Source: Longimicrobiales bacterium (GTDB lineage Bacteria; Gemmatimonadota; Gemmatimonadetes; Longimicrobiales; Gaopeijiaceae). From it: a stretch of 64,000 nucleotides of DNA. The notes beneath the pieces were generated by a model that saw only the letters and a program-made list of their open reading frames with translations, had not been told where the DNA came from and did no database searches. This document shows, in pieces, positions 1 through 11,268 of the stretch (position 1 is the stretch's first letter; every line of letters begins with the position of its first letter). The stretch spans positions 2,304,001 to 2,368,000 of the forward strand of contig OZ241892.1 in assembly GCA_965203485.1 (NCBI GenBank), given 5' to 3'. The position numbers and the translations under genes were made by a program.

Positions 1-15
1 CGCGAGCGCGAAGGC

Positions 16-640
16 CTATGTCTTCCCGAAGGGAAACCCACGGAACGAGAAGGTCCCGCCGCTCGCGCGCGCGAACAACTCGCTGCCCGGCAACGCCGCG
101 ATGGTGTCCAGCAACACGGCCGACCGAGCCGAGCAACGAAGCGCCAGCAATGAATGTCGCTGACGCCCGTATCCCGCTCCATAGACCGAAGCGAGGTCAA
201 GTCCGTTGGTAAGCACGAACGTGCCATCTCGCGGCATGCCGACGATCCGAACCAAGTGGCCGTAGGTGGGACGCGGCTCCAATGCGCGTGCCACGTCGCC
301 GCTGGAGCTCAAGATCGTCCGCCGTTCGTTGCCCGTGTCCCAAAGCGCAACCGAGTCCGATCCGAGCGGCAGCACAAGCTGAATCTGACGGAAATCACCC
401 GGTCCGTTCTCTCTCGGTCCACTGAATTCCTGACCCGTCCGCCCCGGTCGAAGAACGAGACGGTGGTGCGCTGCGCCACGATGATGCAGCCTCCGGCGAG
501 CGACGAAGCTCTGCACGATGAGCACGCCCGCGCTGTCCGCAGCCACGAACCCGTCGCCTGGTCCGTCGGCGCCCTCGCAAGTTGCCGAGTGCGCCACCAA
601 CAGGACGCTGGCCAGCAAGAAGTCGCCTCTCTCATCGGTT
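16..640 (-). pseudogene. 6-bladed beta-propeller protein, frameshifted
   Basis: Typical motifs are split across frames: 'DSAGVLIV', 'IIVAQRTTVSFFDRGG' (309..818 frame) and 'GPGDFRQI...DSVALWD' (16..618 frame). Confidence 0.55.
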
Positions 641-779
641 CACCCTCCAAGGCAAGAGCCATGCTTGCAACAGGTCCCCGTCCGCGTCGTACAACTCGAC
701 GGATTGGTGGCCGTCGGCGTTGGCATCCAATGCACCCAAAGTCAGCACTTGTCTCGTACTCAGGATCGTGAAGTCCACT

Positions 780-1255
780 AGCGCGCCTGGTAGCATGGGT
801 CGCATTCGGCACGGACAACGGACATGATTTCAGGTGGCAACCCCGCTATGGCTTTCGGTCTCGTCGCGTGCGCCTGGACATGCGCGGTCCTTCGCCGCGA
901 CGGCCCCAGCGTGCGACTTCGTCCAGGCGATCGTCCAACTCCAGCACCTGTCCGTCGTATCGTACACAAGCCATCCGCCCGGCACTCGCTCCGCCATGCT
1001 AGGACTGAAGGCGAGATTGATTGAGATTTCCTTGACGACGAGCGGAGAGCGATCCAAGGCACAAGCCGTGGTGAGTTCCTCGGGCATCGCCAGCATCTCC
1101 GCCGTGCCCCGAAACGAAGTAGGGAATTCGTCCTGCGCTCCGAGTTCGGTGCCTGGTGAAGCCGGGAGCACAGATCCAACGAGCACCGTCAATACAACTT
1201 GGGCGGCTTCGCGGATACGAGCGAACGGATTGCCAGTGCGACGCATCATCATTCC
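780..1255 (-). pseudogene. 6-bladed beta-propeller protein fragment, frameshifted
   Basis: Signal-peptide-like start and 'GGWLVYD'; a shifted frame reads 'VLELDDRLDEVARWGRRGEGP' (GxxGEGP motif). Confidence 0.45.
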
Positions 1256-1870
1256 GGCGAGACCGGAAAACACCTCGTGCGTTAACGCGAAAACAGTTCG
1301 GTTCGTCCATGGAAGACGGCCGCTCCGGCTCCTGCACGCCGCGTTCGGGCGTCGCCAACACGGGCACGAGCGGTGCGCTCACGGGAATCCAAAGGTGCAG
1401 GACAGCCCGACCATGCGCACCAGCGAGCCGACGTCGCCGGGGGCGCCGCGAGACGATCCGCCGGTCGGACGGCTCCCACTTCGGGCGCCGGGGCTAGGGC
1501 GAGCAAACAGCGCGCGCGGCTCTACGTTCCTCGTGGCACGTTCGCAGGCGCGACTCGTCCTGCAACTTGAAGAGCGCCCGCCTCGTCAGGCCGCGCTACC
1601 GTGCGCGGCTCAGCGTTGCCGCCTCACGCTCTCGGTCCGGCAACCGGTCTGGGGCCTTGTAGACGGCGTCCGGGCGTGGAGGAGCTCCAGGTCGACATCG
1701 AGACTGGGAAGACTCTCCATCGGTTCGGCGTTCCGAGCAGGTGGCGGCTACTACTTCCCTCGGCGCAACATAGTCCGGCTCCTGACGCCGAGCAAAGGAC
1801 CTGCGGGCCGCACTGTCGCGTTCGCTGGTTGGGTCGGAGGGCAGTCTCGTCGCCCGGTGCGGCGTTCCGT

Positions 1871-2173
1871 TCAGCGGGCGGTGGAATCGGCTTCGGGAAG
1901 CGGTTCCGAGATGCGGTACAGGAGTTCGCCGTCGCGGATGAATCCGTAGCGCTCGCGGGCCAAGCGCTCCAGCGCCTCGTCGTGGTTCTGGAGGGAATCT
2001 ATGCGCGCCCGCAACGAGTCGATCTCCCGCCGGGCCAGCGGCAGGCGTGTGCGTTGCGCCTCCAGGTCGGCGCGCGCGCGGCGGGCTTCGATCTCCGAGT
2101 ACTCGCCGCCCGCGACCGCGATGTACAGGGCCAGCGCGAGCGCGCACGGCAGAAACAGTCGTCTCACGGCCAC
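1871..2173 (-). CDS. ftsB: Septum formation initiator FtsB/DivIC
   Basis: TM helix plus coiled coil, '[16 protein letters not shown]', directly downstream of eno. Confidence 0.85.
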   Translation of the reverse strand: MAVRRLFLPCALALALYIAVAGGEYSEIEARRARADLEAQRTRLPLARREIDSLRARIDSLQNHDEALERLARERYGFIRDGELLYRISEPLPEADSTAR

Positions 2174-3441
2174 AGGCTCCTTCCCGGGTAGCGCGAGCGG
2201 GCTCCGAGCGCTTCCTCGATTCGCAACAGCTGGTTGTACTTGGCGACGCGATCCGTGCGGCTGGGCGCGCCCGTCTTGATTTGGCCTCCGCCGAGAGCCA
2301 CGGCCAAGTCTGCGATCAGCGTGTCCTCGGTCTCTCCCGACCGATGAGAGACGACGACGCCGAAGCCGGCTTCGCGGGCCGCGCGGGCCGCCTCGACCGC
2401 TTCAGTGAGCGTGCCCGCCTGGTTGACCTTGACGAGGATGGCGTTCGCGGCCCTCTCGCGGATGCAGCGATCCAGTCGCCCGCGGTTGGTCGCCAGCAAG
2501 TCGTCGCCCACGATCTGGCACCGCCCGCCCAGCTTCGCCGTCAGCGCCGCCCAGCCGTCCCAGTCGTCCTCCGCCAGCGGGTCCTCGATGCTCGCGATGG
2601 GGAAGCGGCGCGCCAGGGCATCCCAGAATTCGATCATCTCGTCGCGGTCCAGCGGCGGCCTCGAAGACTTGCGAAACTCGTAGCGCCCGCCTTGGAGCAG
2701 TTCGGAAGCGGCCGCGTCGATCGTCACCACCACGTCTTCTCCCGGCCGGTACCCCGCCTCGTCCGTCGCGGCGAGGATCGCCTCGATCGCCTCGGCGTCG
2801 GAACCCTGGTCCGGCGCGAACCCGCCCTCGTCGCCCACTGCCGTGCTCCGGCCCGCCCGCGCCAGCACCCGCTTAAGCGCGTGGAAGATCTCGGCGCCCA
2901 TGCGCAGCGCCGCTCCGAAGGTGTCCGCCCCCACCGGCATCACCATGAACTCCTGCACGTCGAGGTTGTTGGACGCGTGAGCGCCGCCGTTGAGGACGTT
3001 CATCATGGGGACGGGAAGCGTGCACGCTTCGGGGCCGCCGACGTGCTCGAAGAGCGGGACTCCTGCGTCCTCGGCGGCGGCGCGCGCAACGGCCACCGAG
3101 ACGGCGAGGATCGCGTTGGCGCCGAGGCGGCGCTTGGCCGCCGAGCCGTCGAGCTCGATCATCGCGGCGTCGATCCGGCTCTGCTCGTTCGCGTCCATGC
3201 CGCGCAGCGCGGGCAGGATCTCGTCGCGGACGTGGGCGACGGCTCTGCGCACGCCGCGCCCGCCGTAGCGCCGGGGGTCGCCGTCGCGAAGCTCCACGGC
3301 CTCGTGGGCACCGGTGGACGCGCCGCTCGGGACGGAAGCGCGCGCCCGCGAGCCGGTGTCGAGCACGACTTCGGCTTCGACGGTTGGGTTGCCGCGCGAA
3401 TCGAGGATTTCGCGCGCGGTCATGTCGGCGACGGCGGGCAC
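2164..3441 (-). CDS. eno: Enolase
   Basis: '[14 protein letters not shown]', 'SHRSGETED', 'QIKTG'. Confidence 0.98.
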   Translation of the reverse strand: MPAVADMTAREILDSRGNPTVEAEVVLDTGSRARASVPSGASTGAHEAVELRDGDPRRYGGRGVRRAVAHVRDEILPALRGMDANEQSRIDAAMIELDGSAAKRRLGANAILAVSVAVARAAAEDAGVPLFEHVGGPEACTLPVPMMNVLNGGAHASNNLDVQEFMVMPVGADTFGAALRMGAEIFHALKRVLARAGRSTAVGDEGGFAPDQGSDAEAIEAILAATDEAGYRPGEDVVVTIDAAASELLQGGRYEFRKSSRPPLDRDEMIEFWDALARRFPIASIEDPLAEDDWDGWAALTAKLGGRCQIVGDDLLATNRGRLDRCIRERAANAILVKVNQAGTLTEAVEAARAAREAGFGVVVSHRSGETEDTLIADLAVALGGGQIKTGAPSRTDRVAKYNQLLRIEEALGARSRYPGRSLWP

Positions 3442-3460
3442 GTGGACGCGCCGTGCCGGC

Positions 3461-4297
3461 TCAGCGGCCGCCCGCTGGTGAGAGCCCGGCCCCGGACGCG
3501 GGAGACGCCGCCGCGGGCTCGGGGATGGTTGCCGGGCGTTCGGCCGACCTGACGACGCCGGTGTCCGGTTCGGCGGCGTCCGCGCAGGAGTCGGCCCCGA
3601 GCAGCTCGGCGACCGAATCCCGCGCCCTTCGGGCCAGGGCCTGGCGGTCCGAGCGGCGGAGCCCCGTCGTGGAAATGGGCTCGCCGACGCGGACTTGGAC
3701 CCGGCCGCGCCGGATCGCCCAGCTGCCCTTCGGCATGACGCGGCGCGTTCCGACGAGCGCGACCGGCACGACAGGGACCTGGGCCTTGATGGCGATCAGG
3801 AACGCACCCGTCTTGAAGTCGCCCATGCGATCCGAGTCGGAGCGCGTGCCCTCGGGGAACACCACGACCGTCGCCGTGTCGGCGGCGATCCGCTTCCCCA
3901 CTTTTCCGAGGGCGGCGGCGGCGGCCTTGCCGTCGCTCCGGTCCACCGCGTAGTGGCCGATCTTCTGCCACGCGGCGCCGAAGACGGGGATGCGCGTGAG
4001 CTCCTTCTTGCCGACGATGCTGTACTTGACCGGCAGCGTGGCGGCCAGCACGAAGATGTCGAACCAGCTCGCGTGGTTGGCCACGAGGATCTGCGCTCGC
4101 TCGCGGAGCCTGTCGGAGTTGGCCCACTTCACGCGCACGTCGGCGGCGCGCAGGATCGCGGCGCCCCAGCGGGTCGGTCCCGCTTGCGCGTAGGACTCCA
4201 GCGTCCTCGGCCGCAACGCCGCGCGCACGATGACCATGACGCTCACCCGCGCCGTCCAGAAGGCTCCGACGAGGTAGGTGCGGAGGGCCCGCGTCAC
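3461..4297 (-). CDS. plsC: 1-acyl-sn-glycerol-3-phosphate acyltransferase
   Basis: 'NHASWFD' (HX4D) and 'FPEGTRS'. Confidence 0.9.
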   Translation of the reverse strand: MTRALRTYLVGAFWTARVSVMVIVRAALRPRTLESYAQAGPTRWGAAILRAADVRVKWANSDRLRERAQILVANHASWFDIFVLAATLPVKYSIVGKKELTRIPVFGAAWQKIGHYAVDRSDGKAAAAALGKVGKRIAADTATVVVFPEGTRSDSDRMGDFKTGAFLIAIKAQVPVVPVALVGTRRVMPKGSWAIRRGRVQVRVGEPISTTGLRRSDRQALARRARDSVAELLGADSCADAAEPDTGVVRSAERPATIPEPAAASPASGAGLSPAGGR

Positions 4298-5370
4298 GTC
4301 CCGCCCTCCGAGGACTCCGAGTCTCCCCGAGCGGCAACCGGAACGACCGAGACGGACGAGGCGAAGTGATCGTGTCCGCCGGGGTCGTCGATGGTCCGCC
4401 GAATTCCGTTGCCCTCCATGACGACGCCCTCTCCACGCTCGACGAGGCCGATCCGGTTAAGCGGCACCGACAGCGCCCGCGAAAGCGGCGGAAGGCGCGA
4501 TTCCGCGCCGACGGGCACAGTAAACATCAGTTCATAATCTTCGCCCCCTCGCAGGGCGGAATTCAAGTCGGCGCCGGCGGACGAGTCCACCGGCACGCGC
4601 GCCTCTTCGACGCACAGGCGCGCCCCGGACCGCTCCGCGACTTGGCCGGCGTCCGCCAGGAGACCGTCCGAGAGATCGACGAGCGCGGTGGCCAAGCCTT
4701 CCGACGCCAAGGCCCGGCCGAGCGGAACGCGGTCGGGCGGAGCGGCGAACCGAGAACGGGCCGCAGGGAGGGGCTCGCGGTTTCGGTCCCAAGCGGCCAC
4801 GGCCGCAGCCGCGCCGCCCAGCGATCCCGAGACCCAAAGCGAGTCGCCCGGCCGGGCGCCGCTGCGCTCGATCGGCCGTGCTGCTCGGCCCAACGCCGCC
4901 ACGTCCACCACAAGCGGTCCCGGCGACCGCGAGACGTCCCCGCCGGCGATGGGAACGCCCACGCGGTCGCCCGCGGCCGCGGCGCCCCGCTGCACGCGCT
5001 CGGCAACCCCGAACGCCGCCGCGGTTCCGGCGGTGGCGTCCGTCCCGCTGGTTCCGCCTCCGCTCGCGGCCAACGCAATCGAGACCAGGAGGCACGCGGG
5101 CTCGGCTCCCATGGCCGCGATGTCGCTCAGCGCGGCGGCCGCCGCCCGGAAGCCGACCTCCTGCGCCGAGATCCAGCCAAGGCGAAAGTGCACCCCTTCA
5201 ACGCTCATGTCCGTGCTGGCGACCAAGCCGCCCCGAAGCACGGCCGCGTCGTCGCCCGGTCCCAAGAGCACGCCTCGGTGGCCCTTCCAACCGATTGCCG
5301 CGAGCCGGCGCACCAACGCGCGTTCGCTGAGGGCTCCGGCCGGCAGGGCCGCCGCCGCGCCGTCCCTCAT
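4294..5370 (-). CDS. thiL: Thiamine-monophosphate kinase
   Basis: 'GPGDDAAV', 'SDIAAMG', 'DLSDGL', 'GGEDYEL', 'HDHF'. Confidence 0.93.
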   Translation of the reverse strand: MRDGAAAALPAGALSERALVRRLAAIGWKGHRGVLLGPGDDAAVLRGGLVASTDMSVEGVHFRLGWISAQEVGFRAAAAALSDIAAMGAEPACLLVSIALAASGGGTSGTDATAGTAAAFGVAERVQRGAAAAGDRVGVPIAGGDVSRSPGPLVVDVAALGRAARPIERSGARPGDSLWVSGSLGGAAAAVAAWDRNREPLPAARSRFAAPPDRVPLGRALASEGLATALVDLSDGLLADAGQVAERSGARLCVEEARVPVDSSAGADLNSALRGGEDYELMFTVPVGAESRLPPLSRALSVPLNRIGLVERGEGVVMEGNGIRRTIDDPGGHDHFASSVSVVPVAARGDSESSEGGT

Positions 5371-6956
5371 CGCGGTGCGAACTGGTCGAAGACGACGAAG
5401 GGAAACGGCAACCTTTCCGGCCCCGGCCCCCGCTCCGCCAGCGCCGCGGGCAACGCCTCCACGACGTCGGAGGGCGAGAGCGACGGGCCGAGGCTCAAGG
5501 CCGCGGCCGCCCGATCCGTCGCTCCCAGAGCCAGTCCCGCCGCCTCGAACGCGGGCACGCCCTGGGCGAGAAACGCGCCCACCGCGCCGGCGAGCACGTC
5601 CCCCATCCCGGCCACCGCCAAGTCCGACGGCGCCTCGCAGGTGGAGACCAGCAGGCCCCCGCCGGGGTCGGCCACCAGGGTGGGAGCCCCCTTGAGCAGC
5701 ACGACGACCCGAGCCGACTCCGCCAGCGAGCGCGCCGCGCCGACCCGGTCGCGCTGCACCTCGGCCACGCTCGCGCCGGCCAGCCGCGCCATTTCGCCGG
5801 GGTGCGGCGTGATCACGATTTCGCCGCCGCCGGCCCCGCGGAGCGTCGCGAGCCCATCCGCCGGGCCCGCCGCCGCGGCCAGCGTGAGCGCGTCCGCGTC
5901 CAGCACGGCCGGCCGGCTCCCGCGGGCCCGCATCGCCCACTCCAACTCGCGCGCCGCCCGCGGTCCCGTGCCCAGCCCGGGCCCAGCCGCGAGCGCCGCG
6001 CTGGCCTCGGCCGCATCCGCCACCGCCCTCTCGTCCTCGGCCGCCACGAAGATCGCCTCCGGCAGGGCCGCGACCAGCTCCGCGCCCGGCGGAGCCGCGC
6101 AGACCCGCACCAGGCCCGCGCCGCACCGAAACGCGCTGCGGGCCGCCAGCGCCGCCGCGCCCGGCATCGCCGAGCCGGCCACGACAGCGAGCGCGCCCAC
6201 CTCGGTCTTGTGCGTGGCGGCCGGGCGGCTCGGCAACCGCTGCGAGACCCAACCGGGCGTGACGAGCCGCGCCCATTCGCGGTCCGGCGGCGGCAAGCCG
6301 ATCTCGACCGCCACGATACGCCCGCACCAAGCCCGCGCGGGCCGCAGCAGCGTCCCCAGCTTCGGGCCGCCGAACGCCACGGTCACCTCGGCCGAGATGC
6401 TCGTTCCCGGCAGGGCGCCCGTGTTCCCGTCCACGCCGGACGGCGCGTCCAGCGCCACAACGGGGGCAGGCGCGTCGTTGGCGGCCTCTATCGCGTGGGC
6501 GAACGGACCCCGCGGAGCGCCCCGCGCGCCCGTGCCCAGCAGTCCGTCCACGATCACCGAGGCGCCGGAAAGCATGCGAGCCAAGTCCTCCTCGGCCTCC
6601 GGCTTGTCCGCTTCGAAGACGGTCCGGGGCAAGTCCCATGCGTGGAGCGGCGGGTCCGGCTCGGCTCGGCGCCCCACGACGACCGCGGCCACTTCCCGCC
6701 CCCACGCCGCCAGCGAACGAAGACAAACCAGCGCGTCGCCGCCGTTGTTGCCGCCGCCGGCCAGCCCGACGACTCGCCCTTCGGGATAGAGGCGCTGCAC
6801 GAGAAGCGCCGCCTGGCGGCCCGCGTTTTCCATGAGGGCCGGACCCGGCACGGCGCGATCGCGGATCGCGTCGTCGTCGAAGCGCGCCGCCTGATCAGCT
6901 GTCGGGGCTGCCGCTCCGGGCCTTCCGAACGCCCCCCGGGGGCTGTCCGGGCCCAC
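5367..6956 (-). CDS. nnr: Bifunctional NAD(P)H-hydrate epimerase/dehydratase
   Basis: 'LMENAG', 'GNNGGD', 'DAPSG', 'ITPHPGE', 'AGMGDVLAG'; start codon approximate. Confidence 0.92.
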   Translation of the reverse strand: MGPDSPRGAFGRPGAAAPTADQAARFDDDAIRDRAVPGPALMENAGRQAALLVQRLYPEGRVVGLAGGGNNGGDALVCLRSLAAWGREVAAVVVGRRAEPDPPLHAWDLPRTVFEADKPEAEEDLARMLSGASVIVDGLLGTGARGAPRGPFAHAIEAANDAPAPVVALDAPSGVDGNTGALPGTSISAEVTVAFGGPKLGTLLRPARAWCGRIVAVEIGLPPPDREWARLVTPGWVSQRLPSRPAATHKTEVGALAVVAGSAMPGAAALAARSAFRCGAGLVRVCAAPPGAELVAALPEAIFVAAEDERAVADAAEASAALAAGPGLGTGPRAARELEWAMRARGSRPAVLDADALTLAAAAGPADGLATLRGAGGGEIVITPHPGEMARLAGASVAEVQRDRVGAARSLAESARVVVLLKGAPTLVADPGGGLLVSTCEAPSDLAVAGMGDVLAGAVGAFLAQGVPAFEAAGLALGATDRAAAALSLGPSLSPSDVVEALPAALAERGPGPERLPFPFVVFDQFAPR

Positions 6957-6958
6957 CG

Positions 6959-7159
6959 CTACTTGGCGCTCTGTCCGATCGAACGGCCGAAGGTGATCTC
7001 GCCGTTGTCGATGCGGATGTTGAATCCGCAGTCGGGGTGGGAGCAGACCCACGCCTTGTAGCGAATGGCCGCGCCCTGCCGCCCGTAGTCCGAGAGCGGC
7101 AACATGACTCCTTCGTTGCACTTTCTGCAGGCGGTCAAGCTCGCTTCGGCCGTGTTCAT
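6959..7159 (-). CDS. Small Cys-rich (zinc-ribbon-like) hypothetical protein, 66 aa
   Basis: CxxC...CxxxxC pattern; fits tightly in the operon. Confidence 0.7.
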   Translation of the reverse strand: MNTAEASLTACRKCNEGVMLPLSDYGRQGAAIRYKAWVCSHPDCGFNIRIDNGEITFGRSIGQSAK

Positions 7160-7172
7160 CCGATCGCCCCCG

Positions 7173-7553
7173 TCACGTAGCCACGGTCCATGGATAGTTG
7201 CGGTCGAAGACCTCCTCGAAGTCGAACAGGTCCTTGAAGTCGTCCGGGCAGTCTTCGTCCCGCTTGACGAGCACGCCCACATCCACCAGCGCGAAGACCA
7301 TCCGGCCCAGATCGTCGGTGGAGTGGATCCCCCAATGCTCCAGCACCGCCCTGGCCAGCGGACCGTAGCGCCGCATCGCCAAGCTGCGCGCGCCGTCGAC
7401 CAGCTCCTGGCCGGACACATGGCGTCTCGCGCCCACCCCACCGCGGACCACGTGCAAAGCCTCGATCACGAAGCCGTAGGCATCGTCGTGATAGCGCGGA
7501 TGCCGCCGCCGAAGTCGTTCCAGCATCTCTTCGAAGGTCCGAGGTGGGCTCAT
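7173..7553 (-). CDS. Minf_1886-like conserved protein
   Basis: '[11 protein letters not shown]', 'HVSGQEL', '[10 protein letters not shown]'. Confidence 0.75.
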   Translation of the reverse strand: MSPPRTFEEMLERLRRRHPRYHDDAYGFVIEALHVVRGGVGARRHVSGQELVDGARSLAMRRYGPLARAVLEHWGIHSTDDLGRMVFALVDVGVLVKRDEDCPDDFKDLFDFEEVFDRNYPWTVAT

Positions 7554-8875
7554 GACGCCCCAATCTTGCACGCCGTCGCGGATTGCGCCAGTTCGGCCGC
7601 GCCGGACCGCGCGTCAGGGGAGGCCGCTTCGGCGGCCGTTTCGCGAAACAGCGGGAAGGCCGCGCACAGCTCGGTCGTCGCGTCGCGCACGCGCGCGATT
7701 TGGGCTTCGTCGCCGGGCCGCTCCAGCACGTCGGCGATCCACGTGCCTACGAGCTCCATCTCGGCCGGCCCCATGCCGCGCGTGGCGAGCGCGGGCGTGC
7801 CGATGCGCAGGCCGGACGTGACGAACGGCGACCGCGTCTCGCCGGGCACCGTGTTCTTGTTCGCCGTGACGCCGGCCCGCTCGAGGCTCTCCTCCGCGTC
7901 CTTGCCGGTGAGATCGCGGTCGCGCAGGTCCACGAGAACCAAGTGCGTGTCGGTGCCGCCGGACACGAGCGGCACGCCGCGCTCGGTCAACGTTCGCGCC
8001 AGTGCGCGGGCGTTCTCCACGACGCGGGCGGCGTAGGCGCGAAACGACGGGCGCGACGCCTCGCCGAAGGCCACCGCCTTGGCCGCGACGACGTGCATGA
8101 GCGGCCCTCCCTGCACGCACGGAAACACCGCGCGATCGACCGACCCGGCCAGCTCCGCCCGGCACATGACGAGTCCTCCGCGCGGCCCGCGCAACGTCTT
8201 GTGGGTCGTCGTGGTGACCACCGGCGCGTGCGGGACGGGGTTGGGGTGCTGTCCGCCCGCCACCAAGCCCGCGATGTGCGCGATGTCGGCGACCAGAACC
8301 GCGCCGGCCTCCTCGGCGATGCGGCCGAACGCCTCGAAGTCGAGCGTCCGAGGATAGGCGGTGGCGCCGGCCACGATCACCTGCGGGCGCGTCCGCAGGG
8401 CCCGGTCGCGCAACTCGTCGTAGTCGAGTCGCCCGTCTTCGGTGCGCACGCCGTAGGCGGCGAAGTCGTAAAGCTGCCCGCTGAAGTTGACGGGCGACCC
8501 GTGCGTCAAGTGGCCGCCGTGGCTGAGGTCCATCCCCAGCACGCGGTCGCCCGGCTTCAGAAGCGCGAAGTAGGCCGCCATGTTGGCCTGCGCCCCCGAA
8601 TGAGGCTGGACGTTGGCGTGCTCCGCCCCGAAGAGCTCCTTCGCGCGGGTTCGGGCCGTCTCTTCGACGGCGTCGGCGACCCCGCAACCGCCGTAGTAGC
8701 GGCGGCCGGGCAGTCCTTCGGCGTACTTATGCGTGAAGACCGTTCCCAGCGCTTCTCTCACCGCGGGGGACGCGAAGTTCTCGCTTGCGATCATCGTCAG
8801 GCCCGCTCGCTGCCTGCGCTCCTCCTCGCGCACCGCCTCGTACACCAGCGCGTCTTCCGTCTTGAGGTGGTCCAT
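7550..8875 (-). CDS. glyA: Serine hydroxymethyltransferase
   Basis: 'IASEN', '[15 protein letters not shown]', '[13 protein letters not shown]'. Confidence 0.98.
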   Translation of the reverse strand: MDHLKTEDALVYEAVREEERRQRAGLTMIASENFASPAVREALGTVFTHKYAEGLPGRRYYGGCGVADAVEETARTRAKELFGAEHANVQPHSGAQANMAAYFALLKPGDRVLGMDLSHGGHLTHGSPVNFSGQLYDFAAYGVRTEDGRLDYDELRDRALRTRPQVIVAGATAYPRTLDFEAFGRIAEEAGAVLVADIAHIAGLVAGGQHPNPVPHAPVVTTTTHKTLRGPRGGLVMCRAELAGSVDRAVFPCVQGGPLMHVVAAKAVAFGEASRPSFRAYAARVVENARALARTLTERGVPLVSGGTDTHLVLVDLRDRDLTGKDAEESLERAGVTANKNTVPGETRSPFVTSGLRIGTPALATRGMGPAEMELVGTWIADVLERPGDEAQIARVRDATTELCAAFPLFRETAAEAASPDARSGAAELAQSATACKIGAS

Positions 8876-10028
8876 TCGGCTCCTGGCTCCCGTTCTCGCC
8901 CGCGCCGTCGTCTTCGGTCGCCGGCTTTCGAACGCGGCCGGCCTCCAAGAGCCGGGCCCGCCCCAAGCGGTCGGCCGCGAGGCTCGTGGCCACGTCCTGG
9001 TTCTTGGACAGCTGGAAGATACGCAGAAGAGTGTCGAAGATCTCCGCGACCTTCTGCTTGCCCTGGTCGGCGTCCCATCCTTGGAGTTCGCCGTAGACGT
9101 TGACCAGGCCGCCGGCGTTGATGACGTAGTCCGGGGCATAGAGAATCTCGCGGGCGTGCAGCACCTCGCCGTGGTGGCTCTCGGCGAGCTGGTTGTTGGC
9201 CGCGCCCGCGATGATGTCCACGGCGAGCACGCGCAACGTGTGGTCGTTGACGACCGATCCCAGCGCGCAGGGCGCGAAGATGTCCGCCTTGACGGCGTAG
9301 ATCTCGTCCGGCGCCACAGTCTCCGCTTGCGGCAGCTGGCGCGCCACGTCGTTCACTTTGTCGGGGCGGATGTCGGTGACCACGAGCCGCGCGCCCGCAT
9401 CGGCCAAGTAGCGGCACAGATGCCGTCCGACGTTGCCGAGCCCCTGCACGGCCACGCGCTTGTCCTCCAGCGACTCGCTGCCGTAGCGCTCCATGGCGCA
9501 CGCCTTCATTCCGACGAAGACTCCGTACGCGGTGACGGGCGACGGATCGCCGGACCGGCCCAGGAGTCCCACGACGTGCTCCGTCTGCTCGCGGACGTAC
9601 TCCATGTCGTGCACGGACGTCCCCACGTCCTCCGCCGTGATGTAGCGCCCTCCCAGCGACTCGACGGCTCGCCCGTGGGCGCGGAAGAGCTCCCTGCGGT
9701 CGATCACGCGGTTGTCGCCGATGATCACCGACTTGCCGCCGCCCAGGTCGACCCCGCAGATCGCCGCCTTGTACGTCATCCCGCGGGACAGGCGCAAGGC
9801 GTCGACGATCGCGTCCGCGTCCGCGTCGTAGTTCCAGAAGCGCGTGCCGCCCAACGCCGGGCCCAACATCGTGTTGTGGATGGCGATGATGCCCCGGTAG
9901 CCGCACGCCGGCTCGCTCCACAGAGCCAGCTGCTCGTGGCGAAACTGCGTCATGAGCCCGAACAGGCCCGTCTCCGCCGCGGCCTCGGCCGCGGAAGTCA
10001 CTGCTACGTTCATGCCGCTGCTCTCCAT
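8727..10028 (-). CDS. Leucine (Glu/Leu/Phe/Val) dehydrogenase
   Basis: 'LGPALGGTR', 'GMTYK', 'GGGK', 'GLGNVG', 'GAANNQL'; C-terminal extension overlaps the glyA start. Confidence 0.92.
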   Translation of the reverse strand: MESSGMNVAVTSAAEAAAETGLFGLMTQFRHEQLALWSEPACGYRGIIAIHNTMLGPALGGTRFWNYDADADAIVDALRLSRGMTYKAAICGVDLGGGKSVIIGDNRVIDRRELFRAHGRAVESLGGRYITAEDVGTSVHDMEYVREQTEHVVGLLGRSGDPSPVTAYGVFVGMKACAMERYGSESLEDKRVAVQGLGNVGRHLCRYLADAGARLVVTDIRPDKVNDVARQLPQAETVAPDEIYAVKADIFAPCALGSVVNDHTLRVLAVDIIAGAANNQLAESHHGEVLHAREILYAPDYVINAGGLVNVYGELQGWDADQGKQKVAEIFDTLLRIFQLSKNQDVATSLAADRLGRARLLEAGRVRKPATEDDGAGENGSQEPNGPPQDGRRAGVRGGARGGAQAASGPDDDRKRELRVPRGERSAGNGLHA

Positions 10029-10050
10029 TGCCCCAAGACAAGGGCGGTTG

Positions 10051-11232
10051 TCAAGTCTCTTCTTCGCCGTCGCGTTCGATCAGGCTCCGTCCGATCACGA
10101 GCCTCATCGTCTCGCTGGTGCCTTCGAAGATCTCGGTTCCCTTGGCGTCTCTCATCAGCTTCTCCACGGGAAACTCCTTCATGTAGCCGTTGCCTCCCAG
10201 CACGTGCACGGCCTGCTCGGCGACCCAAGCGGCCGTGTCGCTGGCCACCAGCTTCGCCATCGCGGCGCGGGCCGCGCGGTCCCGACGCGCCGCGGCGCCG
10301 CCCTCGCAACGCCACCGCCGGGCGGCGTCCATTACCAGCGCGCGGGACGCCGCCGTTCGCGCCGCCATCCAAGCCAGCTTGGCCCGCACTGCGCCGAACT
10401 TGGCCAGCGCGCGGCCGAACTGCCGCCGCCCGATCGCGTACGCCGTGGCATGCTCCATCGCCGCCTGCGCGATGCCCACGGCCTGCGCGCCGATCCCCAA
10501 CCGCCCCAGGTCGAGCGCGCCCAGCACGCCGTCCGCGCCGCCGTCCGGATCGCCCAGCACGCGGCCGGGACCGAGCCGCACGCCGTCCAGGCGTAACGGC
10601 GCCGTGCCCGACGCCCGGTACCCCATTGTGGCCTCGCGCCGCCCGAGACGGCAACCCTCCGCCGCCGCATCCACCAAGAAAGCGGCCACGCGGGCTCGCG
10701 CGCCGGGCGCCTCCGTTCGCGCCAAGACCGCCACGACGCCGGCCGCGGCGCCTCCCGCCACCCACGGCTCCGTGCCGGAGAGCGTCCAGCCGCCGTCGTC
10801 CCCGCGGCGCGCCGCCGTGCTCAGGCCGGACGCGTCCGCCTCGTCGATCGCGGCGCCGTCCTCGGGCAACGCGAACGCGGCCGAGATCTCGCCCGCCGCG
10901 AGCCGGGGCAACCACCGCTCCCTCTGCTCCTCGGTGCCCAGCTCCAGGAGCAGGTGCGGGACCGGCCCGTTCTGGATCGCGACGACCAGCGCCACCGAAG
11001 CGTCCGCGCGCGCGATCTCCTCGAGGGCGACCAAGTACGTGGGCACGTCCAGCCCGAGGCCGCCGTACTGCTCCGGGACGAGCATGCCGAGGAAGCCGAG
11101 CGCGGCGAGCTGGTCGAGCACTGTCCGGTCGAAGGCCCGGTCGCGATCCCATGCCGCGGCCCGCGGAGCGATTTCCTGCTCGGCGAAGTCGCGGGCCAGC
11201 CGCTGCACGTCGCGCTGCTCGGCGGTCAGCAC
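10051..11232 (-). CDS. Acyl-CoA dehydrogenase
   Basis: 'VPEQYGGLG', 'RRQFG', 'GGNGY..EFPVE', 'IFEGTSE'. Confidence 0.93.
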   Translation of the reverse strand: MLTAEQRDVQRLARDFAEQEIAPRAAAWDRDRAFDRTVLDQLAALGFLGMLVPEQYGGLGLDVPTYLVALEEIARADASVALVVAIQNGPVPHLLLELGTEEQRERWLPRLAAGEISAAFALPEDGAAIDEADASGLSTAARRGDDGGWTLSGTEPWVAGGAAAGVVAVLARTEAPGARARVAAFLVDAAAEGCRLGRREATMGYRASGTAPLRLDGVRLGPGRVLGDPDGGADGVLGALDLGRLGIGAQAVGIAQAAMEHATAYAIGRRQFGRALAKFGAVRAKLAWMAARTAASRALVMDAARRWRCEGGAAARRDRAARAAMAKLVASDTAAWVAEQAVHVLGGNGYMKEFPVEKLMRDAKGTEIFEGTSETMRLVIGRSLIERDGEEET

Positions 11233-11268
11233 GACGCGCCCGTCCGCCAGCCGTGAAGCGGGCCCGCG

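Noticed and set aside
1280..1870. tRNA or gene downstream of ftsB
   Set aside because: No cloverleaf or recognisable protein motif seen
8727..8875. 149-bp overlap of Leu dehydrogenase with glyA as a regulatory feature
   Set aside because: Most simply a lost stop codon giving a low-complexity tail
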